Shown here in pieces: positions 22,901-37,000 of a stretch of DNA of 64,000 nt. This DNA comes from Phallusia mammillata. Lineage: Eukaryota. The notes below the pieces were generated by a model. That model had not been told where the DNA came from. It was given only the letters and a program-made list of their open reading frames with translations, and searched no databases. The translations under genes and the position numbers were made by a program. Each line of letters begins with the position of its first letter. Positions within the stretch are counted from its first letter, which is position 1. Where the stretch lies: contig OZ281497.1 of NCBI GenBank assembly GCA_965637545.1, forward strand, positions 13,392,001-13,456,000, in the 5' to 3' direction.

Positions 22901-25900
22901 GCGTCATTTGGAGGCCATGTCAAGGTTAGCTTCATCATGCCATCTAACATTACGAACAATTAAACTGACTAACAATTAAAGTTGACTTATTTGGACCCCG
23001 GTAAGGTTGCTGCGAATGCACAAAACGTCTAAAGTAACAAAACTATTTATTACAGGTCTGCGAGAGAATCTTAGAATTTTGTCAAAATTTATCTCAAAAA
23101 GAAGTAGTTTGGCAACTTTTAGCAAAAGACGCTGATTCGTGTACTTCTCTACACGCTGCGATTGAAAGTGGATCGTGCGAAACTGTGAGACTTATACTTG
23201 AATCGTGGAAAACAAACCAACAACACGCCGATGACTTTTCATCCGATTCCTTAAATCGTAAGTAAATAAAATCTTGCGTATACCGAAATAAAATATCAGC
23301 TTTCAATATTTTTTGTCCATCTTGCTTTTTCAGATCTTTATAGATCAAAAAAGTTCGGATTGTTTAGGCTTTGTGGATAGGTGTTTGAAAACAACATTCT
23401 TTGCGCGATACTTGTAATGAGGGGCTATTACATTTATACAAATAATGCATGAATAGTTGTTGTACCTGCACTTTTTTACAAAAAACGCAATCATTCAATT
23501 ACAAGTTTAAAGCATTGTTTTGTTATAATTATGAGGTGTCACAATCATTTAAAAGACTGATTTGGAGACGCAGACCAGAAGTAGTTGGGATAAAATATGG
23601 GTATTTTTCACCAGTAAATAAACCTTTTTTCTTTGTCAGCAAACGCATCTGGGCAGAAATATGTCGACCTTCGTCGCAGTGATGGCAAAACATGTTTGCA
23701 TTTGGCCGGAAGCGAGGGAAACTTGGAAATGGTAAAAATGGTACTCCAACACGATGCCTCTGTTAATGCTGGTACAGAGGAAAATGAAACTTCCCTTCAT
23801 TTTGCTGCTCTCAGAAATCATGCCGATATTATCAGTATTTTGTTAAAAAGGTAAATGAAATGTGAAGCTTTTTCTTAACCCAGATGTTGATAAGGTTTTC
23901 TAATTATTTGCTGTATTTGAGCTAATTGGAAAAATGTTTATTTTACTGAGCTTAACGAATTTTTGACGCAAAAATACATGCAAGGATGTACAATTGTTTG
24001 ATAAGAGCTATTGAAAAAAAAAAAAAACGGTTTTTAGTCAATGTCTTTACCGCGTGCATCATTTTCAGTGGCGGAAGTTGTGAGATCTGTGATGATGAAG
24101 GACGAACTCCCCTTTTGACTGCGTGTCAGTCCGGTCACGTGGGGGCAACAAAGCGTCTGTTGGAACATGGCGCCAACTTCTTGGCAACCGACCAATTAGG
24201 CCGCAATTGTTTAATGTTGGCTACCCAGTCAGGAAATTTGGCTACTGTCCAGGTTTAAACTCGTCAATTGTAGACAATTATACCAAATTGCCGAAAATGA
24301 CATGATTTTTTTAGGAAATTTTGTCTGTGGTTGGAAAGAGTTTGATTACTGAATGTGATCGCCATGGTAACACTGCTTTGCACATAGCCGCTGAAAAAGG
24401 AATGCTTTCCATCGCTCAAGTAAGTTGTATCTCATCAAAAGAAATCTCGTTTTACTTGTTTGTCAAATCACAGTTTTTTAAAGATTATTCTTTTTACGTG
24501 TAATATTTTAATTTAGACATTGCTCGCTAAAGAAGTGCATCTCGATAAGCGCAACCACAATCAACATACCCCCGTGCTCGTTGCATCAATGAATGGACGC
24601 TTGTCTGTTGTGAGAGAGATCGTATCTAAACATCGTCCATCTCTCAACCACCAAGATGAACATTCCAGAACCGCATTACACTTGGCAGCTTTAAATGGTC
24701 ATGCCGAAGTTGTTTCTGGGTTACTTGACATTGGAGCCAATATTTTTCACCTGTAAGCAAACTTAGATATGTCTAATTTCTTCGCCCTCTAATTTTATTG
24801 AAAGTTAACTTAAACAAACTGATTCTAGTGACGACAAACGCCAAACATCATTGGATATGAGCATAATAGGTGGTTGGGTCGATTGTGCATCTGTATTACT
24901 GGACACAGAAGAAAAACTTGTCGACAACAAATCAAGATCAGGGGTAAAAACTGAATATTGACATCAATTTTCTTGTACAGCCGCCATTGCCGCAAGAAAG
25001 AAACAAGGCGACTCTCTGCTTTTGCCAAAAAAGTTCATGCAAAATATCCTGTATAAAGGCTTAGTCGACATACTGTTATCTAAAGCCCCTTTAGCATTAC
25101 TGCTTTAAAATCGTACCAATTTGTTTTATTCCTAGCACACATCATTACTTCTTGCTTGCAAAATTGGAAGACCCGAATTGGTGGCTTTGCTTTTAAAACA
25201 CAATGCAAACGTGAAAGATCGTTTGCCAGACGGATGCAACGCACTGGACGTTGCTATTGACAACCGTAATGAGGGGTGTGCTCTCGAATTGGTGAAACAT
25301 GAATCGTGGAAGGAATCGTTGCGTAATGCTACCAAATGTCAGGACGGTGAAGGTAGATGGCAAAAGAGAATTAGTCTAGTATTGAGCAACCGGACTGAAT
25401 ATTTTTCGCAACGCATGTCCCAAGAAAACGTGTAAAGACAGGCATACGAAATGTAATGTTTTTTTAGATTATCTATTGACACCGTTTAGAAAACTTGTTG
25501 AAAATATGCCGGACGTTGCTGAAGTTGTTCTTACCAAATCAATGGTGATCAGTGAAGTGGGCCTGGAAGACGAAAACTGCGAAGTAAGTTTTCAGCGACT
25601 GTGTTATTTTCATCCTCGGTTAAGAGGAACGATGCGTGAATGCGTTTTGCGTGCACTCAAGTGTCTTGTCACGCAATGTGCTGCCTCAGTGCAGTTCCAC
25701 TGATTCATTTCGGATTTGTTTGTTTTTGAACTTTGTGTAACGGGACGGTTTCCTCTTTGTTGAAGCAATGCTGCTCAAGTTTGCAAATATTAAACTATGA
25801 GTTTTCTGTGGCAAATGTTGTAGATTAGGTTTGACTACGAAATACTCGACGATGAATACGAAATTCCCCTTTGGAATATTTTTGGGGGTAAAGAAACTGA

Positions 25901-28900
25901 AGAAGATAAACGCAAAACTACTGCAAATAACTTGCAGGTTAGTGTAACACAAGCATAAACTTTTCAACGTAAAATATGTACGAAAGGTTTCTCAAATACA
26001 TATGTATACCTGACTTTGATATCCAAAATTTTGACGTAATTGCAGAGCGACGGGGCTTCCGGGTGTGAAAGTTGTTCCAACGACGACCCCTATGGATCGA
26101 ACGGCCAGTTGACAAAAGATTCTCAACCCTACGCAACACGATCGGCAATTGTTTTGGACAACCACCCTTTAAAATTTATGGCATGTACATATTATTACAT
26201 AAAAAATGAATTATTGTGCAAAATTCGTCATTTTTGCTTTCAGGTCAATTTCAAGAGAGAGCGCCTGTTGCGCCACCCAACGGTGACAAGTTGGATTAAT
26301 TACAAATGGAGAAAGTTTGGCAGATACATTTATTGGGCAAATCTGCTCACCTACTTGTTATACTTTGTTTCATTTAACACTTACATGACGACAACCCCTC
26401 CACGTTTTGCCGTAAACGAAACAGATTTTCACGACTGTGTGAGGTAAGTTATTTTTTGTTTTGTTTCAAACATTAGGTTTGTAACATTTGTTTGAAAGTA
26501 ATAAAACTTGTTTTTGTAGATTTAGATCTGAAGCTCAAAGTCTTTGGGGAGTAGACTGTCTTCAATTCTCCAGTAGTCGACATTTTTTTACAATTCTGAT
26601 TATGTCTATTTCATCTGTACAACTTCTTAAAAAGGTAGTTGTTCTTTAAGTTTTTGTTTACACAAAGCATAAAGGATCAAAAAATAACCAGCGTCTTCCT
26701 GTGTACTTACAGTTCACGCAACTCATCCACCTTCGACTAAAATTTTTCTTGAATTGGATAAATTACATGGATGTTGCGCTTTATGCACTCTCTTTGCTGG
26801 TGTTGATCGATTTTGAAAGTGATGAACATGATACCGACATTCGGCAGGTCAACTTTGTTGTTTTGTTGTAGCTAGAAGATTTTCATATTTAAATGAAGCT
26901 GAGAAACATTTAGCAAAAATTTTGTCATTTACTCATGAGAGTCAGCCAGCTCCAGATCGCAACCACGACCAGCTTTTCATTGGTGTTGTCTAGGACCCTG
27001 CAAATGCGGCCCACCAACAATGCATAAAATGTTATGGTTATACAAACAAATTTGAATATTCACATACCGAATCCTTAACTGAGAATATGGAAGTAGTTTA
27101 TTTTAACAACTACTTCGATATTCTTTTGGTTAAACGATAGATATAGCTTGGCAAAATGAGGTTGCATTTACCCCAATTTGCAAACGAAAGCTTAAATCGA
27201 CTTTGTTTTAGGTTTGGCAATGGGAATGTGGCGCTTTTGCTGTTTTGTTGTCGTGGTTTAGCCTCTTACTGTATATTCGACGTTCAAAGTGGCTCGGAAT
27301 TTTTGTATTTATGGTCGGGGAAGTTGGAGTCACATTCTTAAGATTCGCCGCCATATTTGTCTTGTTTTTGTTGGCGTTTTCACTCAGCTTCTACGTATTA
27401 CTACAAAACCAGGTAAATCACTTCATATGTGATCTTGAGGTAGTAAACGTTTTAAAGCAATATGCGATTATATTTACTGCGAAGTTGTATAACTACTGCG
27501 TCTCGCTTGTTTCACAAAAGTTTTTCAACTTTGTCATATATATACATACTGTATGTGTTTTATGTTTGTACGCTACAGTTTACACAGGTTTTTATGTAAC
27601 AAGGCTTCCCCAGACGTAAAATCGTGGATACATTTGAATTTCATGATAACAGCGTATTTCTGCAATTTACCGCAGATTGCATTCAACACACCTGCTTGGG
27701 CTTGTGTACAAACCTTCACGATGATGTTAGGTGAACTAAACTATTCAGATATATTCCTTTCCCATTTCACAAGTTCAATTTACTCCAAGATCGTCCAGTA
27801 TCAGGAAGCGACAGTTTTTGTCTTCATCGTCTTTTGCATTGTGATGAACCTGCTTTTGACAAACTTGCTGGTAAGTGTACGCGAACAGTGTACGTTAATT
27901 GCGACAATATTTCGTTTGCCACGAAATGGTAGATGGTGTGGGGTTCGTTTACACGCAACACTATAGATCACAATTTTGACAAATCCCGGTCACTTATCTA
28001 AGCCACTTGTTTCTGATGTATGAAACAAATAAGGAGTTGTTGACCATACAGGTTGGGTTGGCCGTTGACGATATTTCAGCCGTACATAGACAGGCTTCGC
28101 TTAGAAGGATCGCCCTCGAGGTAACTTAGATATTTATAATGTGGTGTCAATGTGCTTTGGATCAATTAGGAAAAAACATAACTGTCATAAAGGTGGAGGG
28201 AATATTGGATATAAATTATGCTGCACCAGCGTTTTTGCGTCGCCGCTGGATGGTGCGAGATAGAATGGTGATGCCCAGCAACAAAAACGAAGAAAGTCAT
28301 TATTTTTGGAGTTGGTTTAATAGGGAGGAAAACTTAAAGCCAAAAGTGATCAACGAAGCTCTCACAAGAGATGAAGTAAGACTTTTTTATATAACCAACA
28401 TAACTGCATTAACATTTACCGCCAACGTTTTTCTTTAACTTAGTTTGCTAAAAAAGTACAATGATAGTGCAACGGCCGCTAGATGCGCGGCCTTGCCCTG
28501 CGCCGTTCGTCAAACTAGATAACCCCTATGAAAAGGCGCCCTTCCTAAAGCTTGTCCCACTCTTGCATGTGCGGTAAAGCTACAAACACATAAACTCACT
28601 CCACAGGTTTGCTAATTTCCGGTAGACAGCGCAACGGAGCTTAGGCTTTTGCAATGGCAATAATAGGCAATTGCTGACTAAGCGCAATTGACGTGGCAAA
28701 CGCCAATGCTTCGTTGTGCCACCTACAGGAAATTAGCAAACCTGTGATGTTCCTGTGTTAGTATACTAAGAGCTATAGCTCTCTGTATGCGCAAGCGAAC
28801 GTTGAGCGATAGCGAAGATGGGCGATAAAAGGCAACGGTGACGAATAGTAACCAAGACGACAGCGTCAGTAGCCACGGCAAACGTTTTCTGTAAACCACA

Positions 28901-29780
28901 AAAATGACTTCCAATCACTTGTAAAAAGCGGTGGAGCTACTAACACCATAACGAGAATCACACCCCAAATTTAATAGGTTATATCTCCAAAAATGCTCAC
29001 GGTTAGGCTATTAGGGTCGGGGTAAGGCATTAGCATTTAAAATTCAAAAAAAATAACCCAAAAAATTAGTTACTAATGTAAATATTTTATGTAAATATTT
29101 CCCAACCCAACCCATTTATAGCCGCTAAATAAAAATTCAGCTCTTTACGCCCCATTGTGAAAGCAAAGTTGTGATTCCCGTTATGGTGTTAGTAGCTCTA
29201 CCGTAATAAGCGCAGTTACGATTTGAGTACACATTATTACAAGTTAAACACAGATGAAATAGGAACATAAAACATACCAACTGTTAGGTAACCAAGGCGG
29301 ACCAGTCAGCGGCTAGAGGTTCCACAACTGAAAAGTACCGTTTTAACCATTGTTTTTCGCATTATATAATTTCACTACAAACAAAACAGACACAAAGAAA
29401 TTTGGCTAAATTCACTGGTCTTTACTACAAAACCTAGCAACATGCAGATCACAAATAGTGGAGTTCAATGCACTGCTCTCTCGCGGATGAATATTCCATA
29501 CGTCACGATTAAAGGAGAACTTTAAATCAGCCGAGCGAAACAATTATTTCTCTCTGTATCAGATAGAAAAAAATGAATGTGCAACCTGCTTAAGCTGGGT
29601 TTTGTCAAAGAGATCCCTATGTACTGGTTAAATAATTTTGCAAAATAACCTCTTGTTGTAACCTTGCAGTCAGATTTGGAAAAAATGTCTTCGGAAATTA
29701 AGGATCTTAAGATGGATTTAAACAAGATAATGTGTACGTTATCAAATTTGTCCAAAGGAAAAATAGCTGCTACAAATTGA
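19961..29780 (+). CDS. TRPA1-like: TRPA1-like channel, paralog C, 22 coding exons, about 1178 aa
   Basis: Exon-for-exon match to B: 19961-20172, 21768-21900, 22093-22269, 22754-22924, 23056-23257, 23640-23850, 24069-24252, 24315-24419, 24517-24752, 24829-24943, 25136-25352, 25468-25583, 25824-25937, 26046-26180, 26244-26443, 26520-26634, 26713-26847, 27212-27412, 27676-27870, 28052-28120, 28193-28375, 29670-29780. Only in-frame indels relative to B; intron 14 has a GC donor. Confidence 0.9.
21491..21659. mobile_element. hAT MITE in TRPA-C intron 1
   Basis: CAGGGGTCGGCAACC left TIR and a degenerate right TIR; TSD CCTTAGAT at 21483-21490 and 21660-21667; empty site in B near 3460-3468. Confidence 0.85.
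28929..29203. mobile_element. TIR element (MITE) of unassigned superfamily, in TRPA-C last intron
   Basis: About 34-bp inverted repeats CGGTGGAGCTACTAACACCATAACGAGAATCACA / TGTGATTCCCGTTATGGTGTTAGTAGCTCTACCG; no clean TSD. Confidence 0.65.
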
Positions 29781-30597
29781 TTTGCTGGATCTTGTAAAAA
29801 AAAACTGCACAATACACTTTGCTTTGTTTCTACAACTGTGTAAACTTGTGTTGCATAAAGTCAATATATGTATATGCTTTCTACAACTTTGTGGTCATAT
29901 TGGATAGCAATAGCAGTTTGTGAGAAACACTATTGATGTTTGGAAGCTCATCAGCTTGAGTAAAAATTTAATATTTACCTAAGTTGTGTTGTAATAAGAG
30001 CACTTGAAGGCACGATTGTTACACAGAACCAGAATATTGCAATGTACTTCCCAATTCCTTGAAATCCATTTAAAAAATCGGACCAAACTGGAAATAGGTT
30101 AACCTAGTTTATTTTAGAAAAAACTTGCAAAAAAATTGGTCAGGTTTTTTGTACCTTGCTTCTTTTTAAACTCTGTTCCAATAACGTACTGGGTCAAATT
30201 ATTTTGCTTGGCAGGGTTAGGTCAAGTTTTTTGTGGGAAGGAACTTAAAACGACAACTGCAGTAACGAAGTTTTTTTTGTGTCTGCACGTGCAGTCCAGT
30301 TAGTGTTACAGTGGTGTATGAGTTAGTTTTGAGCGTATTAAGTTGTGTTATGCTGCATACTTTTATGTGCTGCAAGTAAGATTGTTTGGACTATTTGTAG
30401 CTATTACGTTCTTTATTCTATTTGAATAAGGTGGTCGAAAATCGTTTTAAATCACTCTTCATTTCAATAAAGTGCATGTGAAACTGACCACTCTTATTCT
30501 GCCAGTCGAGAGACTGAAAGGTAGAATTAGCAGCTATGCTTGAATTCTACATCATTTAAAACGATTTGCTTTGGTTTTCTCAATTGTCTTGGGAAAG

Positions 30598-32868
30598 ATG
30601 TCAAGCGAGGAAGAACATATCCCCTGCACATCGCAAGAGCTATTTGACGTGATTGATCATGTCCGGCATAAACAAACTAACGGCGATGAACCGTCCGTTA
30701 AAGGTTCTGTGCTAAGTGCCAAAAGTACTGCCAGCTCACGTGCTCGCCGTGAGGCCGAAGCTGCAACGTTAAGGCTGGAACAACTAAAACGTCGATGCGC
30801 CATTAAGTCCAAAGTGTTGGAAATGGAACTGAAAGCCAGAAAACGGAACTCGAGCTTGATAAAGCCCGACAAGAGATGGAATTGGCAGAATTCGCTGCTG
30901 AAACTTTAAAAGAGTTTGACTCGTGTGAGCCTTCGCATGGGGACGATAAACAGAAGACAAATGTGAACCCGACAGACAAACCACTTGCACCAGCCAAGTC
31001 ACAGGTTCCTGTCGGGCCTTCTCGAACCCTCCGAACTAAGGCAGAAGGTCCAGTGGTTGCCACCAGCGCAGAGGCCACTGGGGCCGGCACATTTGAAGAA
31101 AAACATCTAAATGCAACAATAAAACCTCACCCTCATGGTCCACCAGCGACTACCGAGAATTGGTATGTAATTGCGGAAACTATAAAACAAGGTTTCAATT
31201 TACCGAAACTGCCTTTAATGAAATACGACGGCGATCCTCTTGACTATCACAAGTTTATGATCGACTTCGATCGTCAGATAAATAAGGCGTATTTGTCTGA
31301 TGCCGAGAAGCTGGGATATCTCTGTGAATTTTGCACTGATGATGCTCTGACCAACATTTTGGAATGCAAAAGCATGCCTCCCGAATTAGGATACAGGGAG
31401 GCATTGGATATACTCCACAGGAGACATGGAAGATTAGACCTTGTTGTGAGAGCACACATGGACCGATTGACACAACGCCCGCAATTGAAGGATAGCGACT
31501 TCAAGGGCTTGCGACAATTTCGTGCACAGGCTGCAGAAAGTTACAAGTTATTCAGTCAGTGGGACTGTAAATACACGCTTGATCTGCCTCAAAATATTGA
31601 GGCTGTGGTACAGCGCTTGCCGCATACTGCAATCAGACGATTCATCACTAAATCATCGGAACTTCGTTTGCGAAATCAACCAGTGACCTTTCAAGCGTTG
31701 TTGGATCTTTTGGAATTGTTGGTAGAGGACACTCTATCGCCATTGATGAGGTTTATTTCCGACGAGGAATGCAAGTCGCAAGGACAAGTTACCAACAAAG
31801 GCAAGTTCCCGGATCGAGTCGCACCTACATACTCGGTAGTGTCAGATGAAGAGTCATTTGTGAATTACGACTCACCAGGACGGACGCCTACATGCCCCGA
31901 ATGCGGGTCGTCACATTTTTTGTGGAAATGTGAGGCCTTTAGGAGTCGACCAGTAAAAGAACGTTATGAGCTAGTGCGTCGTAACAAACTGTGCTTCAAT
32001 TGTTTTCGTCCCGAGCATTGTGCGGACAAATGTTCGTCCAAATATGTATGCCGTGTAGACTTCTGCGGGAAAAGGCTCCACACGCTATTGCATTGGGCGC
32101 ACCCTTCGCGCTTATCTGCACAATCTTCTAGCGATCCAGCGGAAGTTGACGGGGCCGGTTTGCCAGGAATATCCGCTGCGACACTGCAGACTCATTCTGT
32201 GCGACTTAAGGTCGTGCCAGTTACTGTTTTGGATAAGAATTGTAAACCCCATTTAACGCATGCTTTTCTTGACGACGGATCAGACACGTCATTGTGCTCT
32301 GCAGCATTGGCTAAGAAACTAGGGCTAAGCGGTGTGGAAGACAACTTGACAATTACTACCGTAAACGGAACACAAACATTGCGCAGTCGCAAAGTTTCGC
32401 TGTCCGTACAAGGCCTGAACGATGGTGCTTGTTTTATGTTGAAAAGTTTAAGGGTCGTCCCCAAGTTACCCAACCTACAAGGCAGCATTCCTACTGTTGA
32501 TGATATTAAGCGGTATCCGCATATTCGAAATCTCAAATTCTCTGTAATAAACTGTCCAGATGTGGACTTACTCATTGCAGCCGATGTTTACGAGGCTCAC
32601 GAGCAACACGAGGCTGTACGTGGCTCTCGTGGCTCTCGTGGCGACCCTGTTGCTATTCGCACTGGTTTGGGCTGGTGTTTGTTCGGCCCCGAAAGAAAAC
32701 ATGACATCAGACACACGAGTGTAAATTACATACACGCTAACACAAAACTACCTGATCAGTTGGAGCAGTTATACAGTATTGACATTCAAGATAGAGGTTC
32801 AAGTGACCTTGGACTTTCACTTAAACACAAACGAGTTCTTTCAAATACAGAAAACAGTGTCACTAGAG
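30598..32868 (+). pseudogene. BEL/Pao gag-protease (frameshift near 30880; cut by hAT insertion at 32869)
   Basis: DUF1759-like YDGDPLDYHKF; three Zn knuckles (CPECGSSHFLWKC, CFNCFRPEHCADKC, CRVDFCGKRLH); protease AFLDDGSDT. Confidence 0.9.
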
Positions 32869-33487
32869 CAGTGGTTCTCAAAGTATGGGTCGCGACCCAA
32901 ACATGGGTCGCGCAGGGTCAAAAAATGGGTCGCGCTATGGTGATTCAATTATGCCCAAACGAACTATTACTGCATTAAGTAAACACAAACGAATTAACTT
33001 AATGTAGTAGTAAAGTCACCACACTCGACCACGTTGTACAGTAAAATGAACCAACCATTAACACATACACACCACATAGGACAATATAGCCTTCCAACTT
33101 TACTGTTTCGCACAAGGCGATTGTAACGTCATAGCACCGGAAATAATAGGACAAGTTAATCATGCGAAACTGAACTTGGAGATATAACAGTAAGCGTTTA
33201 AAGATGAGTAAGTATTCGTACAAGGAAACATTTTTAGATTTGGGATTCACTTCTATCAATGATCATGGTGCTGCAAAGCCACAATGTGTGTTGTGTTATG
33301 CAGTGTTGGCGAACGAATCGACCTCGTTAAGCCTGCAGCCATTTTGACATGGGCAGACTCCTATGCGGCGACGACGTGGCCTTGAAATTGCTTCTCGTTA
33401 ATACATTTTTTATGTTTGAGGCTTGGGTCGTGAGATGTTCATAAAACTCCGATTTGGGTCGCAGTCAAAAAAGTTTAAGAACCACTG
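32869..33487 (+). mobile_element. Buster/Charlie-type hAT deletion derivative inserted in the BEL polyprotein
   Basis: TIRs CAGTGGTTCTCAAA / TTTAAGAACCACTG; TSD CACTAGAG; relic YKETFLDLGFTSINDHGAAKPQCVLCYAVLANES (33219-33320) resembles the Buster transposase zf-BED N-terminus. Confidence 0.9.
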
Positions 33488-33495
33488 CACTAGAG

Positions 33496-34073
33496 TGAAC
33501 GGACATTACCAGATTTTGCCTTGGAAATTGCCCTTCCCTGTTCTGTCCTATGACAGAAGCTTGGCAAAACGACGCCTGCCGCACTTAAAGCGTCGCTTCC
33601 ACAAGTATACCGAACCGCTTGGAAAGTACTGGGAAAAGATACAGGATTACTTGAGACAGAGATTTGCTCCAGGAATCCTTCCAGGTAGTTTGAAATGTAC
33701 AAAACAAACACGGAATATACTACACCACGCGACGGGTGGCAAATTTCGAATTCTTTTCAAATGTTCCGCTTCCTACGATGGAACGTCATTAAAGACAAGT
33801 TGCTACAAGGGGCTTACCGTACCAAAGGACTTGTCGGAGTGTTTTCGATGATTAGTAAGGTCTCCGACCCGCTTGGATTTATCCAGCCATTTCTGCTTTC
33901 TATAAAACAGCTAATGCATAGTCTGTGCAACCAGCAACTGGATTGGGACGACCCACTTTCCGATATTGCGATCGAGCATTGGAATCTTTTGATACTGCGT
34001 TGTTACAAACCTCCCAACGTAGTCTTCGTTTCAACACAGCTGCACTGTTTTTGCAATGCTTGCAAGACCGGGT
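33496..34073 (+). pseudogene. BEL/Pao RT N-terminus joined directly to the RNase H/peptidase A17 region (RT core deleted)
   Basis: AKRRLPHLKRRF...HHATGGKFRILFKCSASYDGTSL, LLQG, then at once SKVSDPLGFIQP...LDWDDPL...LHCFCNA; no YxDD motif; frameshifted. Confidence 0.8.
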
Positions 34074-37000
34074 GCATATTTCCAAAATGTTTCCGAATTC
34101 GAACCACAGGGCTTTTTCAGCCAATCACAGCAGCGGAAATCTGCGGGTTGCCGTTACGTCACGTCTAGGTTGCTAAGCGGTTACTTTGACTTCAGTATTG
34201 TCGACGTTGCAAGTTTTATGTCAGTTTTGATTAAAAAAAAACGTTTTTACAAGTCAGAACATAGTGAAGACGGATGCATTTTGGATGTTTGAACTGAAGG
34301 TAATGTTTATTAGGTTATGTATAGCAGTAAATTATACACACATAATTTTTATTGAGTGTAAAATCACTTTTGTGCAATACATGCTTCATTAATGTTAGAT
34401 TATACACTCATACTTTTTATTAAGTCTGAAATAGCTTTTTTTTTCTATTATTAATGCTATGTGTTTGTTTAGGATAGCAACGCAACCCCTTCAATCAATC
34501 AATGTCAAAATTTTTCTTTGTATATGATGAGCATGGCATGCAGTCAAGTTTGCATGGCATAAAAACAGTGTATTATGCCCCATTGTCTCTAGTGCAAGCA
34601 CCTATGATCAACGCAATTAAACACATTATGCATGTCAAACCTTGGGATCAACAAACTGTTCCTAACCTACAGAGATGAATGGTTTATAATTGTACACAGT
34701 GCAGTTCTGACATAAGTGTACACTAGGCACACCATTTGCATAGTTGTTCCAAACAACTCCCAGTATTTTCAGTTATGAATGTTGTTCTGTGCCATCAATG
34801 TATATGTTATTTTTATTGTGCATGCTGGAATTTTGTCGTAAGTTTACAATAAAACAGAAGTGATCTTGAATAGCAAATTGAAGTAGTGTGCTTGAGAGCA
34901 AATGCTGGATTTAAAAAAAACTACTACAGTATAAAGTAAATTATGAGAAGATTTACTTGTGCTAGCATATTTATTGTTTTTCTTGTGACATTGAAATGAT
35001 AATAGTGCCAAAAAAGGTTGTGCAGAATAGCTACCACCTAAAAACAGCTATGCAGCAGTGTCAGAAATTTATTTTCTTATCTCACCTCATGTGAGCAGCT
35101 TTTTCTCAGTTATTTTATCTTTTCTTGTTTACACCAGTTTTTTTTTTATTATTTGCAATCTCATGTATGAAACAAAACACCTTTTTACTTACAATGCTCT
35201 AAATTAGGGCAAGCTTGGCTATTGACAGCACTCTATATGACCAGTCTTATTTGTCAGCAAGTTAAATTAGTTTGTCTTGACCTTGCTACACAGGCTAATT
35301 ATTTTTCTTCATGGTTTACATCAGTTTATTTATTTGCAACTCTTTATATGGAACAAACAGTTGCACCTAAATTAAAACATTATATCACTCATTCCAACAG
35401 TCCTCCAAAAGTTTGTTTATTATACATGCAGTAACCACAGTTAAAAATAATCAGTCAACACTGTTCTATAAAGTAGATCCAATGATAATCTATTGGTATC
35501 ACATTCTCCATGATAGTCAATATGTTTACTATTACAATAACTTTAGTTATAGCTAAATGTCAAGCAAATGCCTTTTAACTTGGAGTGCTTGATGTCTCCG
35601 ATCTGCCCTGCCCTTTCCTTTAGTCCATCCCTTCTCAAGGTTTTATTTGTTTTGGCAGCGCAACTGCTCTTCCTTGGTTCCAGTCATACAGGCCTAAGCT
35701 CTGGTGGCTAAAGGCACACTAAGCTATAGGTATAATCACTTTGGAGCATGGAAAAGTAAATTCTAATTGTTAAACAGCAAATCTGATTATGCATCCATGC
35801 AGGTTCTGGAATAGCAAATAGCCCAACCTACAATCCAATAAATTAATCAAAAGCCAATTGCCCCAATCTACAAACCAATTAGGTAATAATAGTAAGCAAT
35901 ATGATATCTACCAGCAGTAACAATTTTATCTAAGACCCTTTAACAATTTATACAAAAATACATGGAAAAGCAGCAGGAAAAAAAGTAAAACACAAAAGGA
36001 AATGAATTTTTGTACCTCCCATACCAACAAAATATATAATTTTAATGTCAGTACCAAAAAAACCCAATGTATTTTGCTCCCAGCATTGCGGCTGCCAATT
36101 GAGTTTCTTCCAAATGAATGAAGTGCTGATCTTATTTGTGCAACGAAATGAGCAGAAGAGATAGAGTTCTTAAACCTTTCTAATGCTTTTTTAGTTTCCT
36201 TTTAATTAAAGTCACTAGAGTGCTTGGTCTTTATAAACTCAGAACACTATTAAATTTAAGAAAAGTTCTCTGCAGTGTAGTCTGGTTTATGTGATGGTCC
36301 AGCAATGCTATCAGACAATGAAGTGGTTGGATTGATTTCCATGGCATTTGAACAGCCACCATGATCTTATGTTGATGTGTAGTGGCCAAATCACTAAAGA
36401 ATTCCACAGATGGTGCCTGCTCCTGACCCAATGCAACGCCTGCATACATTTGCTTCTGAGGTGCTGATCCCTGATACATCCCCAATTGGACTACCACATA
36501 ACAGGACTGTAAGTGAGGCATTAGTCTGAACCAGATTGGTTGTAGAAGCCACAAACACTATCTCAGAAGATTGTAACATCATTTTGTGGATTCTTTCCAT
36601 GATCAGCCTTACAATGGCACAAACATAACAAAGCGGATCTTAGCCTCAGATTCTTCAGCATACTTCTGTATAGCACAAAACAAATTTATACCACTTTATG
36701 CCCCAAAGTTACATTTACGCCACTGATCCCAGAGATGGTACACAGAGCAGGGCTTTGGATTAGTTGTTAGTGACTGCACTTATTCCATCTGTAACAAGCA
36801 ACTTGGTCTCATGGGTTTGTAATGCTTGAGACACTGACAATCATTGCCAAAAATACATGAAGAAAATCTTTCTTGTAGATTCACTGATCTTTAGCTAACC
36901 AAGGTTTCTGGCAGCTTTAAGCAAGTGATTGTGGTTAACTGCCACACTTACTATACATGGATGAGTAGAAACCAACTTATGTGATGTTTAGTTGACTTGG

